Translations under genes and position numbers: made by a program
Notes under the pieces: model-generated
Database searches by the model: none
What the model was told of the DNA's origin: nothing
The model's input: only the letters and a program-made list of their open reading frames with translations
DNA from: Dickeya dadantii NCPPB 898
GTDB taxonomy: Bacteria > Pseudomonadota > Gammaproteobacteria > Enterobacterales > Enterobacteriaceae
Reading direction: 5' to 3'
DNA length: 32,000 nucleotides
Assembly (NCBI RefSeq): GCF_000406145.1
Contig: NZ_CM001976.1
Coordinates: 2,293,543 to 2,325,542 of the forward strand
Shown: positions 9,648 through 19,964 of the stretch, piece by piece
Position numbering within the stretch: position 1 is the first letter of the stretch
Layout of the letters: each line of letters starts with the position of its first letter

Positions 9648-10637
9648 ATGATGAATACGTCACAATCTCGTGAAGCGCTGCTTGACGTTAAAGATCTGCG
9701 CGTGACCTTCAGTACGCCTGACGGTGATGTCACGGCGGTAAACGACCTTAATTTCTCTCTCAGCGCCGGTGAGACGCTGGGGATCGTCGGAGAATCCGGC
9801 TCTGGTAAATCCCAGACGGCGTTTGCGCTGATGGGGCTGCTGGCCGCTAACGGCCGCATCGGCGGCTCCGCCCGTTTCAACGGCCGCGAGATTCTCAACC
9901 TGCCGGAGCGCGAGCTTAATCGCCTGCGTGCAGAAGAGATCGCCATGATTTTTCAGGACCCGATGACGTCGCTGAACCCGTACATGCGCGTCGGCGATCA
10001 GCTAATGGAAGTGCTGATGCAGCACAAGAAACTCGGTAAAAGCGAAGCGTTCGACGAATCGGTGCGCATGCTGGACGCGGTGAAAATGCCGGAGGCCAGA
10101 AAACGTATGCGCATGTACCCGCACGAGTTTTCCGGCGGGATGCGTCAGCGCGTCATGATTGCGATGGCGCTGCTGTGCCGTCCTAAACTGCTGATCGCCG
10201 ACGAGCCGACCACCGCGCTCGACGTGACGGTGCAGGCGCAGATCATGACACTGCTTAACGACCTGAAGCGCGAGTTCAACACCGCCATTATTATGATTAC
10301 CCACGATCTGGGCGTGGTGGCTGGTATTTGCGACAAGGTGCTGGTGATGTACGCCGGCCGTACCATGGAGTACGGTAGCGCGCGCGAGATTTTCTACGAA
10401 CCGACTCATCCATACTCACTTGGCTTGCTGAAAGCGATTCCCCGTCTTGATGAGGAGAATGAGGAGTTGGCCACTATTCCTGGAAATCCGCCCAACCTGT
10501 TGCGCTTGCCGAAAGGGTGTCCTTTCCAGCCGCGTTGCCCCTATGCACAGGACCGGTGCCAGCAGGCGCCTGAATTGACGCCGTTTGGCGAGGGCCGTCT
10601 GCGTGCCTGTTTCCGGAGTGTGGGGGAATTAGTATGA
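9648..10637 (+). CDS. oppD: oligopeptide ABC transporter ATP-binding protein
   Basis: ORF 9594..10637 would overlap oppC. ATG 9648 sits 10 nt after AAGGAGG (9631-9637). Walker A is GESGSGKS, the signature is FSGGMRQR and Walker B is [12 protein letters not shown]. Confidence 0.94.
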   Translation: MMNTSQSREALLDVKDLRVTFSTPDGDVTAVNDLNFSLSAGETLGIVGESGSGKSQTAFALMGLLAANGRIGGSARFNGREILNLPERELNRLRAEEIAMIFQDPMTSLNPYMRVGDQLMEVLMQHKKLGKSEAFDESVRMLDAVKMPEARKRMRMYPHEFSGGMRQRVMIAMALLCRPKLLIADEPTTALDVTVQAQIMTLLNDLKREFNTAIIMITHDLGVVAGICDKVLVMYAGRTMEYGSAREIFYEPTHPYSLGLLKAIPRLDEENEELATIPGNPPNLLRLPKGCPFQPRCPYAQDRCQQAPELTPFGEGRLRACFRSVGELV

Positions 10638-11638
10638 ACGAGCTGGAAAACAAAAAAGTATTGCTTGAAGTGGATGAACTGAAAGTCCACTTTGATATCC
10701 GCGATGATAAACAGTGGTTCTGGCAGCCCGCCAGGAAGCTGAAAGCGGTCGATGGCGTTACCCTGCGACTGTACGAAGGGGAAACGCTGGGGGTGGTTGG
10801 CGAATCCGGTTGCGGCAAGTCCACGCTGGCCCGCGCGATCATCGGGCTGGTGAAGGCCACCAGCGGGCGTATTAGCTGGCTGGGTAAAGACCTGCTGGGG
10901 ATGCGCGATACCGAATGGCGCAGTGTACGCAGCGATATTCAGATGATTTTCCAGGATCCGCTGGCGTCGTTGAACCCGCGCATGACCATCGGCGAAATTA
11001 TCGCCGAACCGCTGCGTACCTACCACCCGGAGATGCCGCGTCAGGAAGTGAAAGATCGCGTCAAAGCGATGATGATGAAAGTCGGTCTGTTGCCGAACCT
11101 GATCAACCGCTACCCGCACGAATTTTCCGGTGGTCAGTGCCAGCGTATCGGTATTGCCCGCGCGCTGATTCTGGAGCCGAAGCTGATCATCTGTGACGAA
11201 CCGGTTTCCGCGCTGGACGTGTCGATTCAGGCACAGGTGGTGAACCTGCTGCAACAGCTACAGCGGGAAATGGGGCTGTCGCTGATCTTTATCGCCCACG
11301 ATTTGTCGGTGGTGAAACACATTTCCGACCGCGTGCTGGTGATGTATCTGGGCCATGCGGTGGAGCTGGGAACTTATGACGAGCTGTACCACAATCCGCA
11401 GCATCCTTATACGCGCGCCCTGATGTCGGCGGTGCCGATTCCCGATCCGGACAAAGAGCGTAACAAGCAGATTCAACTGCTGGAAGGCGACCTGCCGTCA
11501 CCGATTAATCCGCCGACAGGCTGTGTATTCTGCACCCGTTGCCCGGTTGTTGGGCCGGAATGCACCAAAACCCGGCCGGTGCTGGAAGGCAGCTTCCGTC
11601 ATGCGGTGTCCTGCCTGAAGGTGGATCCGCTGCCGTAA
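10634..11638 (+). CDS. oppF: oligopeptide ABC transporter ATP-binding protein
   Basis: 334 aa. The start overlaps the oppD stop as ATGA. Walker A is GESGCGKST, the signature is FSGGQCQR and Walker B is [12 protein letters not shown]. Confidence 0.96.
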   Translation: MNELENKKVLLEVDELKVHFDIRDDKQWFWQPARKLKAVDGVTLRLYEGETLGVVGESGCGKSTLARAIIGLVKATSGRISWLGKDLLGMRDTEWRSVRSDIQMIFQDPLASLNPRMTIGEIIAEPLRTYHPEMPRQEVKDRVKAMMMKVGLLPNLINRYPHEFSGGQCQRIGIARALILEPKLIICDEPVSALDVSIQAQVVNLLQQLQREMGLSLIFIAHDLSVVKHISDRVLVMYLGHAVELGTYDELYHNPQHPYTRALMSAVPIPDPDKERNKQIQLLEGDLPSPINPPTGCVFCTRCPVVGPECTKTRPVLEGSFRHAVSCLKVDPLP

Positions 11639-11676
11639 TCCGGCGCGATTCATTTAGGCAACATTCTATAATAAAC

Positions 11677-11700
11677 AAAACGCCCCATCAGGGGCGTTTT
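11677..11700. terminator. bidirectional rho-independent terminator between oppF and yciU
   Basis: AAAACGCCCC-ATCA-GGGGCGTTTT. The GC stem is flanked by an A-run and a T-run, so it reads as a terminator on both strands. Confidence 0.8.
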
Positions 11701-11743
11701 GCTATTCGTCGCTGGACAGCCAATTAGGCGGCGATCGCAGCTG

Positions 11744-12079
<336 letters not shown>

Positions 12080-12121
12080 TTAAAACGTGATGGGGGTATT
12101 AGAGCATGAAGGACGGTGCGA

Positions 12122-13582
12122 TTACAGCAGCGGACTGAAAAAGTAAAACAGCCGCTCGACAATACGCTGCCAGTAGGGGCGTTTTAGCCATTCTTTGGCG
12201 TTCAGCAGGCGAGAGCGCGACATGTAATCCTCGTGCACGCAGGCCAGATCGCTGCCAAACTCATCGTCGTCAATCACCAGCGTGATTTCGAAGTTCAGCC
12301 ACAGGCTGCGCATATCCAGATTGACGGTACCCACCAGACTGAGCTGGCCGTCGACCAGTACGCTTTTGGTGTGCAGCAGCCCGCCTTCGAATTGATAGAT
12401 TTTGACGCCCGCCGCCAGTAATTCGGTGAAAAAGGCTTTGCAGGCCCAGCCGACCATCATGGAGTCGTTTTTGTACGGCACGATAACGCTGACGTCGACG
12501 CCGCGCTGCGCTGCGGTGCAGATGGCGTGTTGCAGATCGTCGCTGGGCACAAAATAGGGCGTGGTCATGATCAACTGATGACGGGCGGAATAAACGGCGG
12601 TCAGCAACGCCTGATGGATCATATCCTCAGGATAGCCGGGGCCGGAGGCGATAACCTGCACCGTATGGCCGCGCTCTTGCTCAAACGGCATGATATTCAC
12701 GTCGGGCGGCGGCGGCGGCAGGCGCTGGCCGGTTTCCATTTCCCAATCAAGGCTATAGATCACGCCCATGGTGGTGGTCACCGGGCCTTCGATGCGCACC
12801 ATCAGGTCTACCCACTGGCCCACTCCGGAATCCTGCTTGAAATAGCGCGGATCCACCATGTTCATGCTGCCAGTGTAGGCGATGCGGTTGTCAATCAGGA
12901 TCACCTTGCGGTGCTGACGTAAATCCATTCTGCGCAGGAACGCGCGCAGAAGGTTGACCTGTAGCGCATCCACCACCGTGATGTCGGCGGCGCGCATGAT
13001 CTCCGGATAGGTGCTGTGAAAAAACTGTACGCTACCGGCCGAATCCAGCAGGATACGGCATTTGACCCCGCGACGCGACGCCGCCAGCAGGGCGGTCATC
13101 ACCTGATCCACCAAGCCGCCGGCCTGCCAGATATAGAACACCATTTCGATGTTATTGCGGGCCAGCTCAATGTCGCGGATCAACGTCCTGATGGTGTCGT
13201 CGAATGAGGTTAACAACTGCAACTGATTGCCCTTGATGCCGCCAATGCCCTGGCGACGTTCGCACAACTGAAACAACGAGCGAGCCACTTCGCTATTTTC
13301 AGTGGCGAAAATGCGGCGGTATTCTTTCAGCTCTCGGAGCCACTGCGCGGTAACCGGCCACATTTGCCGGGCGCGTTCTGCACGGCGTTTCCCCAGATGC
13401 AGTTCGCCAAATAACAGATAAGCGACGATACCGACCAACGGCAGAATATAAATCACCAACAGCCAGGCCATAGCGGAAGGAACCGCACGCCTTTTCATCA
13501 GAATACGCAGCGTAATGCTGGCAACGAGCAGCCAATAGCTGAAAACCAGTAATCCGCTCAGTACAGTATAAAATGCTGTCAT
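12122..13582 (-). CDS. clsA: cardiolipin synthase A
   Basis: 486 aa, the same length as E. coli ClsA. It has two N-terminal TM helices and two HKD motifs ([10 protein letters not shown]..., [11 protein letters not shown]...), with C-terminus [11 protein letters not shown]. Confidence 0.96.
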   Translation of the reverse strand: MTAFYTVLSGLLVFSYWLLVASITLRILMKRRAVPSAMAWLLVIYILPLVGIVAYLLFGELHLGKRRAERARQMWPVTAQWLRELKEYRRIFATENSEVARSLFQLCERRQGIGGIKGNQLQLLTSFDDTIRTLIRDIELARNNIEMVFYIWQAGGLVDQVMTALLAASRRGVKCRILLDSAGSVQFFHSTYPEIMRAADITVVDALQVNLLRAFLRRMDLRQHRKVILIDNRIAYTGSMNMVDPRYFKQDSGVGQWVDLMVRIEGPVTTTMGVIYSLDWEMETGQRLPPPPPDVNIMPFEQERGHTVQVIASGPGYPEDMIHQALLTAVYSARHQLIMTTPYFVPSDDLQHAICTAAQRGVDVSVIVPYKNDSMMVGWACKAFFTELLAAGVKIYQFEGGLLHTKSVLVDGQLSLVGTVNLDMRSLWLNFEITLVIDDDEFGSDLACVHEDYMSRSRLLNAKEWLKRPYWQRIVERLFYFFSPLL

Positions 13583-13784
13583 AGTAACAATGCACGGTTC
13601 CCTGCTGCGAAATGTTTACTTGTTCAAGTGTATGCATAGTTCCCCAAAGGGGAAAGTCCTTTACTCTGAATACTATAGCGCATGAAGGGCCTGCGTGCGG
13701 ATTCGAAAATCCTGCCGTATCGCTTGGCGGAGAATATCAGAGGGATATAATGATCCAGTCCATCATGCTTATTACTAAGCTGTG

Positions 13785-13832
13785 CCATGAAACAAGAGTT
13801 TTACCATGAAACAAGAGTCGAGCCATGAAACG
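13785..13832 (+). repeat. 19-bp tandem repeat, about 2.5 copies, spanning the yciY start
   Basis: CCATGAAACAAGAGTTTTA (13785), CCATGAAACAAGAGTCGAG (13804) and CCATGAAACG... (13823). Each copy carries an ATG. Confidence 0.85.
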
Positions 13833-14001
13833 CAGCCGGAATGAAGTCAGCCGTTGGCGTATGCAACGTCAGGTGCAGCGCCGTCGCAGCCGCTGGCTTG
13901 AGGCCCAGTCGCGCGGTTACCGGCATATCCACCACGTGCGTTACCTGGGCCAGAAACAGCAGCGGCGTGCGTTGCTGTATGCGGTGGCCTACGAGTGGTA
14001 A
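13825..14001 (+). CDS. yciY: small arginine-rich protein, YciY-like
   Basis: 58-codon ORF below the ORF-track cutoff, translated by hand as MKRSRNEVSRWRMQRQVQRRRSRWLEAQSRGYRHIHHVRYLGQKQQRRALLYAVAYEW. The first ~30 residues resemble E. coli YciY as I recall it (MKRSRTEVGRWRMQRQASRRKSRWLEGQSRR...). It sits next to cls as in E. coli and is followed by a strong terminator. Confidence 0.65.
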   Translation: MKRSRNEVSRWRMQRQVQRRRSRWLEAQSRGYRHIHHVRYLGQKQQRRALLYAVAYEW

Positions 14002-14022
14002 CTACCGGGTAGTCGGTGTCAG

Positions 14023-14055
14023 GCCCAACGGTCGTCAGATCGTTGGGCTTTTTTT
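14023..14055 (+). terminator. rho-independent terminator after yciY
   Basis: GCCCAACG-N10-CGTTGGGC followed by TTTTTTT. It also lies 16 nt beyond the convergent MCP stop, but has no T-run on that strand. Confidence 0.8.
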
Positions 14056-14070
14056 GTTATCCAGAGGCGA

Positions 14071-15774
14071 TTACAGCGCTGGCGAGTGTTGCGGCAGGGC
14101 GACATAGCCATTGGCGACCGGAGCAGGCGCGGCGCGAAGCGCGTCAGGCTGGACCACCGCTGCTTCCGTGCCGGGCAACTGGAACAAGGATACCGACAGA
14201 TTGAGCTGTTCGGTCTGCTCAAGTAACTGCAGGCAGGTGCGGGCAGAGGTCTCCACCTGTAGGGCATTCTGTTTCACTGTATCGTTGAGTGAACGGATAC
14301 GGTTGCTCACTTCATGGATGCTCTGATTCTGTTGTTGCGAAATATCGGTGATTTCATTCAGGAATGTACTGGTGCCTTTGGCCGCCTGAATGATTTCCTG
14401 CAGACTGTCGTTGAGGTGACCGACCAGTCTGGCGCCGGTAGCGACGCTGCTGTCCGATTCATGAATCAACGCATTGATGTTTTGGGCTGACTGACTACTC
14501 TGTGAAGCCAGCGTGCCTACCTCGCGGGCGACGACCGAGAAACCTTTGCCCATCTCGCCGGCCCGAGCCGCTTCAATGGCGGCATTAAGCGACAGGATGT
14601 GCGTCTGGAACGCCACGTTTTCAATCAGCGAGATGACTTCCGTCATTTCCTTGCTGCGACTGGAAATATTCTGCATCGCGTTTCTGACGTCGTTCATCAT
14701 GGTTTCGCCCTGTTCGGCGATATGACTGGTTTCTTCCGCATGATGGCCGGCTTGCTCGGTGTACTGGGCATTCTGTTCCAGATGCTGACTGAGCTGGATA
14801 ATGTGCTCGGTGGTGACCTTCAGCTCTTCAGACTGTCGATTGGCCTGTTCGGACAGTTGGCGGTTGTCGGTGGTGACATGGCTGACCTGCCGCATCATGG
14901 TTCCCATACCCTGACGAACCTGACTTATCAGTTCCACCAGCCCGCCCTGCATCTGCACCACACTGCTGTTTAGCAGCGCGATTTCACGGGTTGTACGTCT
15001 TTCTATGCCGATGTCATGGGATAGATCGCCGGCTGCGATCAGCCTCAGGTGGTCGGTAATGCGCTTAAGCGGATGAACGATCACCTTGTTTACGCCAATC
15101 CAGACCACCAGCGAAATCGCCAGCAATAGCCCCAGAATGACGATAAACAGGGTGTGGGCATCATCAAGATTATTCAACAGTTGCTGAGCATGCTGTTTCT
15201 GGCGGACGTCGTTTCCCTGCAGGTAACTCGCGTATTTTTGGGTAAACAGGGTCTGGTAAGCCTGAATGGGAACGGCAAAGAAGATATCGATTTCATTGGT
15301 TTTTTTGATGCCTTGCGCCAGTTCCAGCAGTCCGTTATAGAGCTGCTGATAGCTGCTTTTTAGCTCGTTGAAGGCAGCGTCATTGCGAGCGGCGCCAGAA
15401 AAGTGTTCCAGCTTTTGGTAATACGCCTGCGCGTGAGTTAACGACTCTTCGGCTTCGGTCATCAGGCTGTTCCAACTGCCGACCGACCCGGTTTCTTTGT
15501 CAAACATCAGGTAAATGCCGGCACGATTAAGTTTATCGCTGGCGTTCATCACTTCCATGCGGGCCTGATCCATCAGCGCCTGTTGTTGACGCAAGGCTTC
15601 GTTGGCGGCGCTGTCCTGGCGCACTTCAGTCATGGTTTTCGATATCATCCCTACGGACAATAGCTGAAGTAAGGAAAACAACCCGATGATTAGCAACAGA
15701 CCGGAAAGAAAACTCAGGCGGTACTGACGCACTCTGCCCAGAAAACCGGAGCGTGACGGGGCGGATGTTGACAT
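14071..15774 (-). CDS. methyl-accepting chemotaxis protein (two TM helices, periplasmic helical sensor, HAMP, signalling domain)
   Basis: 567 aa. TM1 is around residues 20-42 and TM2 is LFIVILGLLLAISLVVWIGV. The highly conserved MCP hairpin is QTHILSLNAAIEAARAGEMGKGFSVVAREVGTLA. There is no C-terminal NWETF-type pentapeptide. Confidence 0.93.
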   Translation of the reverse strand: MSTSAPSRSGFLGRVRQYRLSFLSGLLLIIGLFSLLQLLSVGMISKTMTEVRQDSAANEALRQQQALMDQARMEVMNASDKLNRAGIYLMFDKETGSVGSWNSLMTEAEESLTHAQAYYQKLEHFSGAARNDAAFNELKSSYQQLYNGLLELAQGIKKTNEIDIFFAVPIQAYQTLFTQKYASYLQGNDVRQKQHAQQLLNNLDDAHTLFIVILGLLLAISLVVWIGVNKVIVHPLKRITDHLRLIAAGDLSHDIGIERRTTREIALLNSSVVQMQGGLVELISQVRQGMGTMMRQVSHVTTDNRQLSEQANRQSEELKVTTEHIIQLSQHLEQNAQYTEQAGHHAEETSHIAEQGETMMNDVRNAMQNISSRSKEMTEVISLIENVAFQTHILSLNAAIEAARAGEMGKGFSVVAREVGTLASQSSQSAQNINALIHESDSSVATGARLVGHLNDSLQEIIQAAKGTSTFLNEITDISQQQNQSIHEVSNRIRSLNDTVKQNALQVETSARTCLQLLEQTEQLNLSVSLFQLPGTEAAVVQPDALRAAPAPVANGYVALPQHSPAL

Positions 15775-15903
15775 GACAATCTACTCTCTATAGATAAATT
15801 GCCGCCAACATAACATCATTAAATGACTAAAATATTTCAGATATTTAAGAGGGAAACGGAGGTAATGTTTGGTGAAAATGCCATGACCTCCGTCAAATTT
15901 GGA

Positions 15904-16200
15904 TTAAAATGCTTTTTTGAACGGCTTGACGCTGACAGATTCGTAGACGCCGGCGGCGACATAGGGATCTTCGTTTGCCCACTGGCGGGCGTCTTCCAGC
16001 GACGGGAATTCGGCAATCACCGTTGAACCGGTAAATCCGGCGGCGCCCGGATCTTCACTGTCGATGGCCGGCAATGGTCCTGCGGTTAACAGGCGTCCAT
16101 GATCCCGCAATGTTTGCAGGCGGGCGAGGTGTGCGGGGCGGGCGGCCAGGCGTTTTTCCAGCGAGCCGGGTACATCGGTGGCATAAATCACATACAGCAT
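15904..16200 (-). CDS. yciI: YciI-family protein
   Basis: ORF 15904..16374 trimmed to ATG 16200. The 98-aa product [28 protein letters not shown]...[10 protein letters not shown] is collinear with E. coli YciI (98 aa). Confidence 0.9.
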   Translation of the reverse strand: MLYVIYATDVPGSLEKRLAARPAHLARLQTLRDHGRLLTAGPLPAIDSEDPGAAGFTGSTVIAEFPSLEDARQWANEDPYVAAGVYESVSVKPFKKAF

Positions 16201-16351
16201 GGTAAACCTCGGTCTGTCAGACCATGTTGAGACGGAACCGTCATCATACGCGATGATACCGACAGGACAATCCCTGTTACCGTCGGTCCGGTTTTGCGGC
16301 ACTAAAACCGAAGTGGGTTGCAACACCCGTGCGGGAATTGATCGGCTTCTA

Positions 16352-16380
16352 TTGAATATGATTGTCATTTGCATTTAAAC
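16352..16380 (+). promoter_or_regulatory. tonB promoter region with Fur box
   Basis: TTGAATATGATTGTCATTTGCATTTAAAC. GAATATGATTGTCATTTGC (16354-16372) matches the Fur consensus GATAATGATAATCATTATC at 13 of 19 positions. It closely resembles the E. coli tonB promoter/Fur site as I remember it and lies about 35-55 nt upstream of the tonB ATG. Confidence 0.7.
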
Positions 16381-16408
16381 TTGCGCAGTGAGAGGACATC
16401 ATATAACT

Positions 16409-17167
16409 ATGCCGCAGAAAACATTTTTCCTGACCCGCCGATATTCATGGCCGATGCTGGTTTCCGTGGGTTTTCATGGGTCATTGATTGCCGGGTTGCT
16501 GTTTGCTTCATTTAATACATCGGTCAAGCTGCCGTCGACGCCGCAGCCGATTCAGGTCGTGATGGTCAATACCGCACCCGTGGAGGCCGCGCCGGCCCCG
16601 GCGGCGGCGCCTCAACCAGAACCGGAAAAAGTGCCGGAGCCGACGTCAGAACCGGAAATACAACCCGAGCCGCCGCCGTTGCCAAAACCGGTTCCCGTGC
16701 CGCTGCCGGAACCGAAACCCCAACCCAAACCAAAGCCGAAACCGGAGCCGAAACCCAAGCCGGTGAAAAAGGTGGAACCACCGAAGGAAACGCCGCGTGA
16801 AACCGCGCCGCAGCCGACGGCGACGCCGTCTGCCAGCCAGACCGTCAGCCGGAATACAGCGCCGGTCAGCCAGGCGCCGGTCGCCAGCGCTCAGCCCTCG
16901 GGGCCAAGACCACTGAGTCGGACTCAGCCGGAATACCCGGCTCGGGCGTTCGCCTTGCGCATCGAAGGCCGGGTTAAGGTGCAGTTTGATGTCGATGACG
17001 CAGGGCGGGTGGATAATGTCCGCGTGTTGTCGGCCGAACCTAAAAATATGTTTGAGCGGGATATCAAGCAGGCCATGCGTAAATGGCGTTATGAAGAGAG
17101 CAAGCCGGGGAAAGATCTGGTGGTGACGATCATCTTCAGAATCAATGGCGGCGCGGCGATGGAGTAA
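16409..17167 (+). CDS. tonB: energy transducer TonB
   Basis: ORF 16388..17167. ATG 16409 gives an N-terminal anchor [23 protein letters not shown] with the conserved His, an (E/K)-P proline-rich spacer, and the C-terminal domain [23 protein letters not shown]... Confidence 0.93.
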   Translation: MPQKTFFLTRRYSWPMLVSVGFHGSLIAGLLFASFNTSVKLPSTPQPIQVVMVNTAPVEAAPAPAAAPQPEPEKVPEPTSEPEIQPEPPPLPKPVPVPLPEPKPQPKPKPKPEPKPKPVKKVEPPKETPRETAPQPTATPSASQTVSRNTAPVSQAPVASAQPSGPRPLSRTQPEYPARAFALRIEGRVKVQFDVDDAGRVDNVRVLSAEPKNMFERDIKQAMRKWRYEESKPGKDLVVTIIFRINGGAAME

Positions 17168-17192
17168 GACGCTGCACAGCTGACGTTGAAAA

Positions 17193-17226
17193 ATTAAGGC
17201 ACCGCCAGCGGTGCCTTAATTGTTTG
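17193..17226. terminator. bidirectional terminator between tonB and yciA
   Basis: ATTAAGGCACCG-CCAG-CGGTGCCTTAAT 12-bp stem, with an A-rich 5' flank and a TGTTTG 3' flank. The equivalent E. coli tonB/yciA (P14) site is a known bidirectional terminator. Confidence 0.8.
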
Positions 17227-17246
17227 TGATTAGCAATTATTTATGA

Positions 17247-17669
17247 TTATTGCTCAGGTTCGAAGTGGCTTTTCCCTTCCGGCAGTTCGCGCGGTCGGCC
17301 GTCTTCATCCACGGCAACGTAAGTAAACAGCGCTTCGGTGGCACGGTAGCGTTGGCCGATAGGGTCGGTCGACACCTTTTTCACCCACACTTCAACATTA
17401 ATGGTCATCGAACTGCGGCCGGTACGGACGCACCGGGCATAGCAGCACACCACATCGCCGACGGCGACAGGTTTGAGAAACGTCATGCCGTCAACTCGCA
17501 CTGTGACGACGCGGCCTTCTGCAATCTCTTTGGCCTGAATGGCGCCGCCGATATCCATCTGCGACATCAGCCAGCCGCCGAAAATATCGCCGTTGGCATT
17601 GGTGTCCGCCGGCATGGCCAACGTGCGCAGCACCAGTTCGCCGTGAGGTAATGCGTCTTGTTTGCTCAT
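17247..17669 (-). CDS. yciA: acyl-CoA thioester hydrolase (hotdog fold)
   Basis: 140 aa. LVLRTLAMPADTNANGDIFGGWLMSQMDIGGAI...VVCCYARCV is collinear with E. coli YciA. Confidence 0.93.
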   Translation of the reverse strand: MSKQDALPHGELVLRTLAMPADTNANGDIFGGWLMSQMDIGGAIQAKEIAEGRVVTVRVDGMTFLKPVAVGDVVCCYARCVRTGRSSMTINVEVWVKKVSTDPIGQRYRATEALFTYVAVDEDGRPRELPEGKSHFEPEQ

Positions 17670-17720
17670 AGGGTCAACGAATCCGCTTGTGAGTAGTCAA
17701 TGTCAGTCTGTGTCGGGCGA

Positions 17721-18281
17721 TCATTTGTCGCTTTCGTTTTCCGTTTTTTCCGGCTCGGCCGGCAGATGGCGATAAATGTAAACGCCGCACAGTAATGTAA
17801 ATACCAGAGTCAGGCCGGTGAGGCCAAATACTTTAAAGTCAACCCAAACGCTTTGCGGCAACCAGAAAGCAATATAAATATTAGCCAGACCGCACAGCAG
17901 GAAAAATATCGCCCACGAAATATTCAGTTTCGCCCATACCATTTCCGGCAATGACAGTTCCTTGCCCAGCATGCGTTGAATCAGGGTTTTCTTCATCACA
18001 AACTGGCTGAACAGCAAGGCGACGGCGAATAGCGTATAAATAATGGTCACTTTCCATTTAATGAACTGGTCATTGTGGAATACCAGCGTCAGAGTGCCGA
18101 ATACGGCAACCATCAGGAAAGTCAGCAGCATCATCTTTTCGATTTTGCGGTAAATAAACCAACTTAACAGTAACGCCGCTGCCGTTGCAGCAATCAATGC
18201 CCCGGAGGCGACATAGATGTCATACAGCTTATAACAGACAAAGAAAACAATAAGAGGAATAAAATCAATAAGTTGCTTCAT
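17721..18281 (-). CDS. yciB: intracellular septation protein A / inner membrane protein YciB
   Basis: 186 aa polytopic membrane protein, [23 protein letters not shown]...[15 protein letters not shown]..., collinear with E. coli YciB. Confidence 0.93.
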   Translation of the reverse strand: MKQLIDFIPLIVFFVCYKLYDIYVASGALIAATAAALLLSWFIYRKIEKMMLLTFLMVAVFGTLTLVFHNDQFIKWKVTIIYTLFAVALLFSQFVMKKTLIQRMLGKELSLPEMVWAKLNISWAIFFLLCGLANIYIAFWLPQSVWVDFKVFGLTGLTLVFTLLCGVYIYRHLPAEPEKTENESDK

Positions 18282-18474
18282 TATGTTAATCCGTCACTTA
18301 CCCGTGTGGTGTGGTGGTCCGCATGTACCAAAAGGGCCAGGCTATTTCTGAATTATTATCGCCGTTTGCGCAGCGCGATTCCCGATTTATCGTAACAATT
18401 TGCAGAAAATTACGTTATGACGGGCGACGATAACGGAGCAGCGCCGTTGCTACTCCGGAATAAGATATGCGAAT

Positions 18475-19227
18475 TCAGTCGCGTACCAGCATGTACAGGC
18501 GGAATACATAGACCAGCAGCATGGCGGAAAGCACGTTACTAATGCCATTCAGAATCACGGCCATGGCGGTAGGCGATACCATCGGCAACCGGGCCAGCAA
18601 CAACAGCAGCGCGACTTTGGCCAACAGCCACAGGATGACGGCCGGCGCGGTCTGGCGGAAGTGGGCGAACGCCAGCTTGCTGCTGGTGCGCATGGAGGCA
18701 AAGATCCCACGTTTTTCGGTGACGGCGATCACCGGCGACAGGCTAAAGGCAATCGATAACAAAATCCCCGGAACCACGACCAATAACATACCTAACTGAA
18801 TCAACAGAGTACAAACCAGTATCAGCAAAAACAGGCGGGGCAACAGCGGCACCGAAGCGCCAATGGCGCGCAGGGCGCTGGTTTGATGGCCCGCCGATAC
18901 CAGTTGGATCAGCATCAGGATGCTACCGGTCAGCAGCGCATTGCCTACCAGCGTGGCAAAAGTGCCGGCGGCGGAGGCTTTCAGCAGTACCATTTGTTGC
19001 TCGGGGGAAAGCTGTTGGATGATGTCGCTGATGCCGGGTTGCTCAATGGAGGACAGATCGACATTGCTGCTGTTGAGTAGTTGCAACTGATCGTTGCCGG
19101 GTGTAAAGACGTGCCCGAGGATGACGGTGATCAGGGACGTCAGCAGCGCCAGTATCAGGATGCTGAAAAACTGGTTACGCGTAAAATTCAAGGTGTCACG
19201 GTATAATCTGCTGGCCGTGATAGGCAT
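18475..19227 (-). CDS. yciC: UPF0259 membrane protein YciC
   Basis: 250 aa. [33 protein letters not shown]...[14 protein letters not shown] is collinear with E. coli YciC, with the same yciA-yciB-yciC order. Confidence 0.9.
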   Translation of the reverse strand: MPITASRLYRDTLNFTRNQFFSILILALLTSLITVILGHVFTPGNDQLQLLNSSNVDLSSIEQPGISDIIQQLSPEQQMVLLKASAAGTFATLVGNALLTGSILMLIQLVSAGHQTSALRAIGASVPLLPRLFLLILVCTLLIQLGMLLVVVPGILLSIAFSLSPVIAVTEKRGIFASMRTSSKLAFAHFRQTAPAVILWLLAKVALLLLLARLPMVSPTAMAVILNGISNVLSAMLLVYVFRLYMLVRD

Positions 19228-19345
19228 GAAAACTCCTTGGCAAAGGTTAGCAATAGGGCTTTTAGCAAAAAATATTATCCGGCTATTGTAACCCGTTCAG
19301 CTGTTCCGTGGCACCCCGGCGTGACGTTCTACTTTTTATTCCAAC

Positions 19346-19708
19346 TCATGAACACGGCAGCGGTAACCTGGCTGGGATCAGCGGTGGCAGACCATAGGCC
19401 GCGCGAGCCCGATCGCAAGCGTCATTGCGCTGACCATTCTCTCCCGATTGTACAAACTCATGGCAAGGCGTGGGCCGCTGGGCATAAATACGACAGCTGA
19501 CCGATTTGCCGATTTCACCCTCCAGTGCGCAGCAGCGAATCGGTTTACTACTGGTGCCAGCCATGCAACGCAGAAATGGCGTTACCGGCTCCGTCAGCGC
19601 GGCGGGAACGGTTCCTCCCCCGTCATCAGCTTCCGACCAGTAAAAAGACACCCGAAAGTAACCGCAACAGGCGCCGCATTCCATACAGGGGTTGACGTTA
19701 TCGCTCAT
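19346..19708 (-). CDS. YkgJ-family cysteine-cluster (CxxCxxCC) putative Zn/Fe-binding protein
   Basis: 120 aa. The N-terminal [19 protein letters not shown] motif plus downstream Cys residues (RCMAG, RCCALEG, SCRIY, PCHEF, ACDRA) are typical of the YkgJ/UPF0153 family. As I remember the E. coli layout, this gene is not at this locus in K-12. Confidence 0.75.
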   Translation of the reverse strand: MSDNVNPCMECGACCGYFRVSFYWSEADDGGGTVPAALTEPVTPFLRCMAGTSSKPIRCCALEGEIGKSVSCRIYAQRPTPCHEFVQSGENGQRNDACDRARAAYGLPPLIPARLPLPCS

Positions 19709-19804
19709 AGTTGATTACCCACCGGCCTCAATCGCGTTGAATCACTGGTGAAAAGAAGAATCTACGCCCGAACATCGGGTTGCGCAGCTCCTTTTTTGTG
19801 TTTT

Positions 19805-19818
19805 TTGATTTGGGTCAA
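19805..19818. promoter_or_regulatory. FNR/CRP-family-type palindrome TTGAT-N4-GTCAA
   Basis: TTGATTTGGGTCAA matches the FNR consensus TTGAT-N4-ATCAA at 9 of 10 positions. It lies in the divergent spacer, about 150 nt upstream of the ompW ATG and about 100 nt upstream of the YkgJ-like start. Confidence 0.4.
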
Positions 19819-19964
19819 TTCTTTGTTTTTTGGGTGCTTGAGGGTTATTTGATTGATGACATACTGCGGCAAAAATCCCGTCAGGATGTGATCTGGCTTC
19901 AAACAAATTTACCCCTTAGTAGGTATAGTTCGCCCGGATATTAACCTTACAAATGGAGTGGGTA

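Noticed and set aside
13693-13716. GGATTCGAAAATCC hairpin resembling a tRNA T-arm.
   Set aside because: The loop is 4 nt rather than the 7-nt T-loop, and no acceptor, D or anticodon arms can be built around it. It is not a tRNA.
16590-16790. Apparent short tandem DNA repeats (CCGGAACCG, CCGAAACCC and CCAAAGCCG runs).
   Set aside because: They lie inside tonB and encode its normal (Glu-Pro)n/(Lys-Pro)n proline-rich spacer. This is not an independent repeat element.
19887-19902. TGTGA-N6-TTCAA, a possible CRP site upstream of ompW.
   Set aside because: The second half-site matches TCACA at only 2 of 5 positions with correct spacing. It is better only with wrong spacing.
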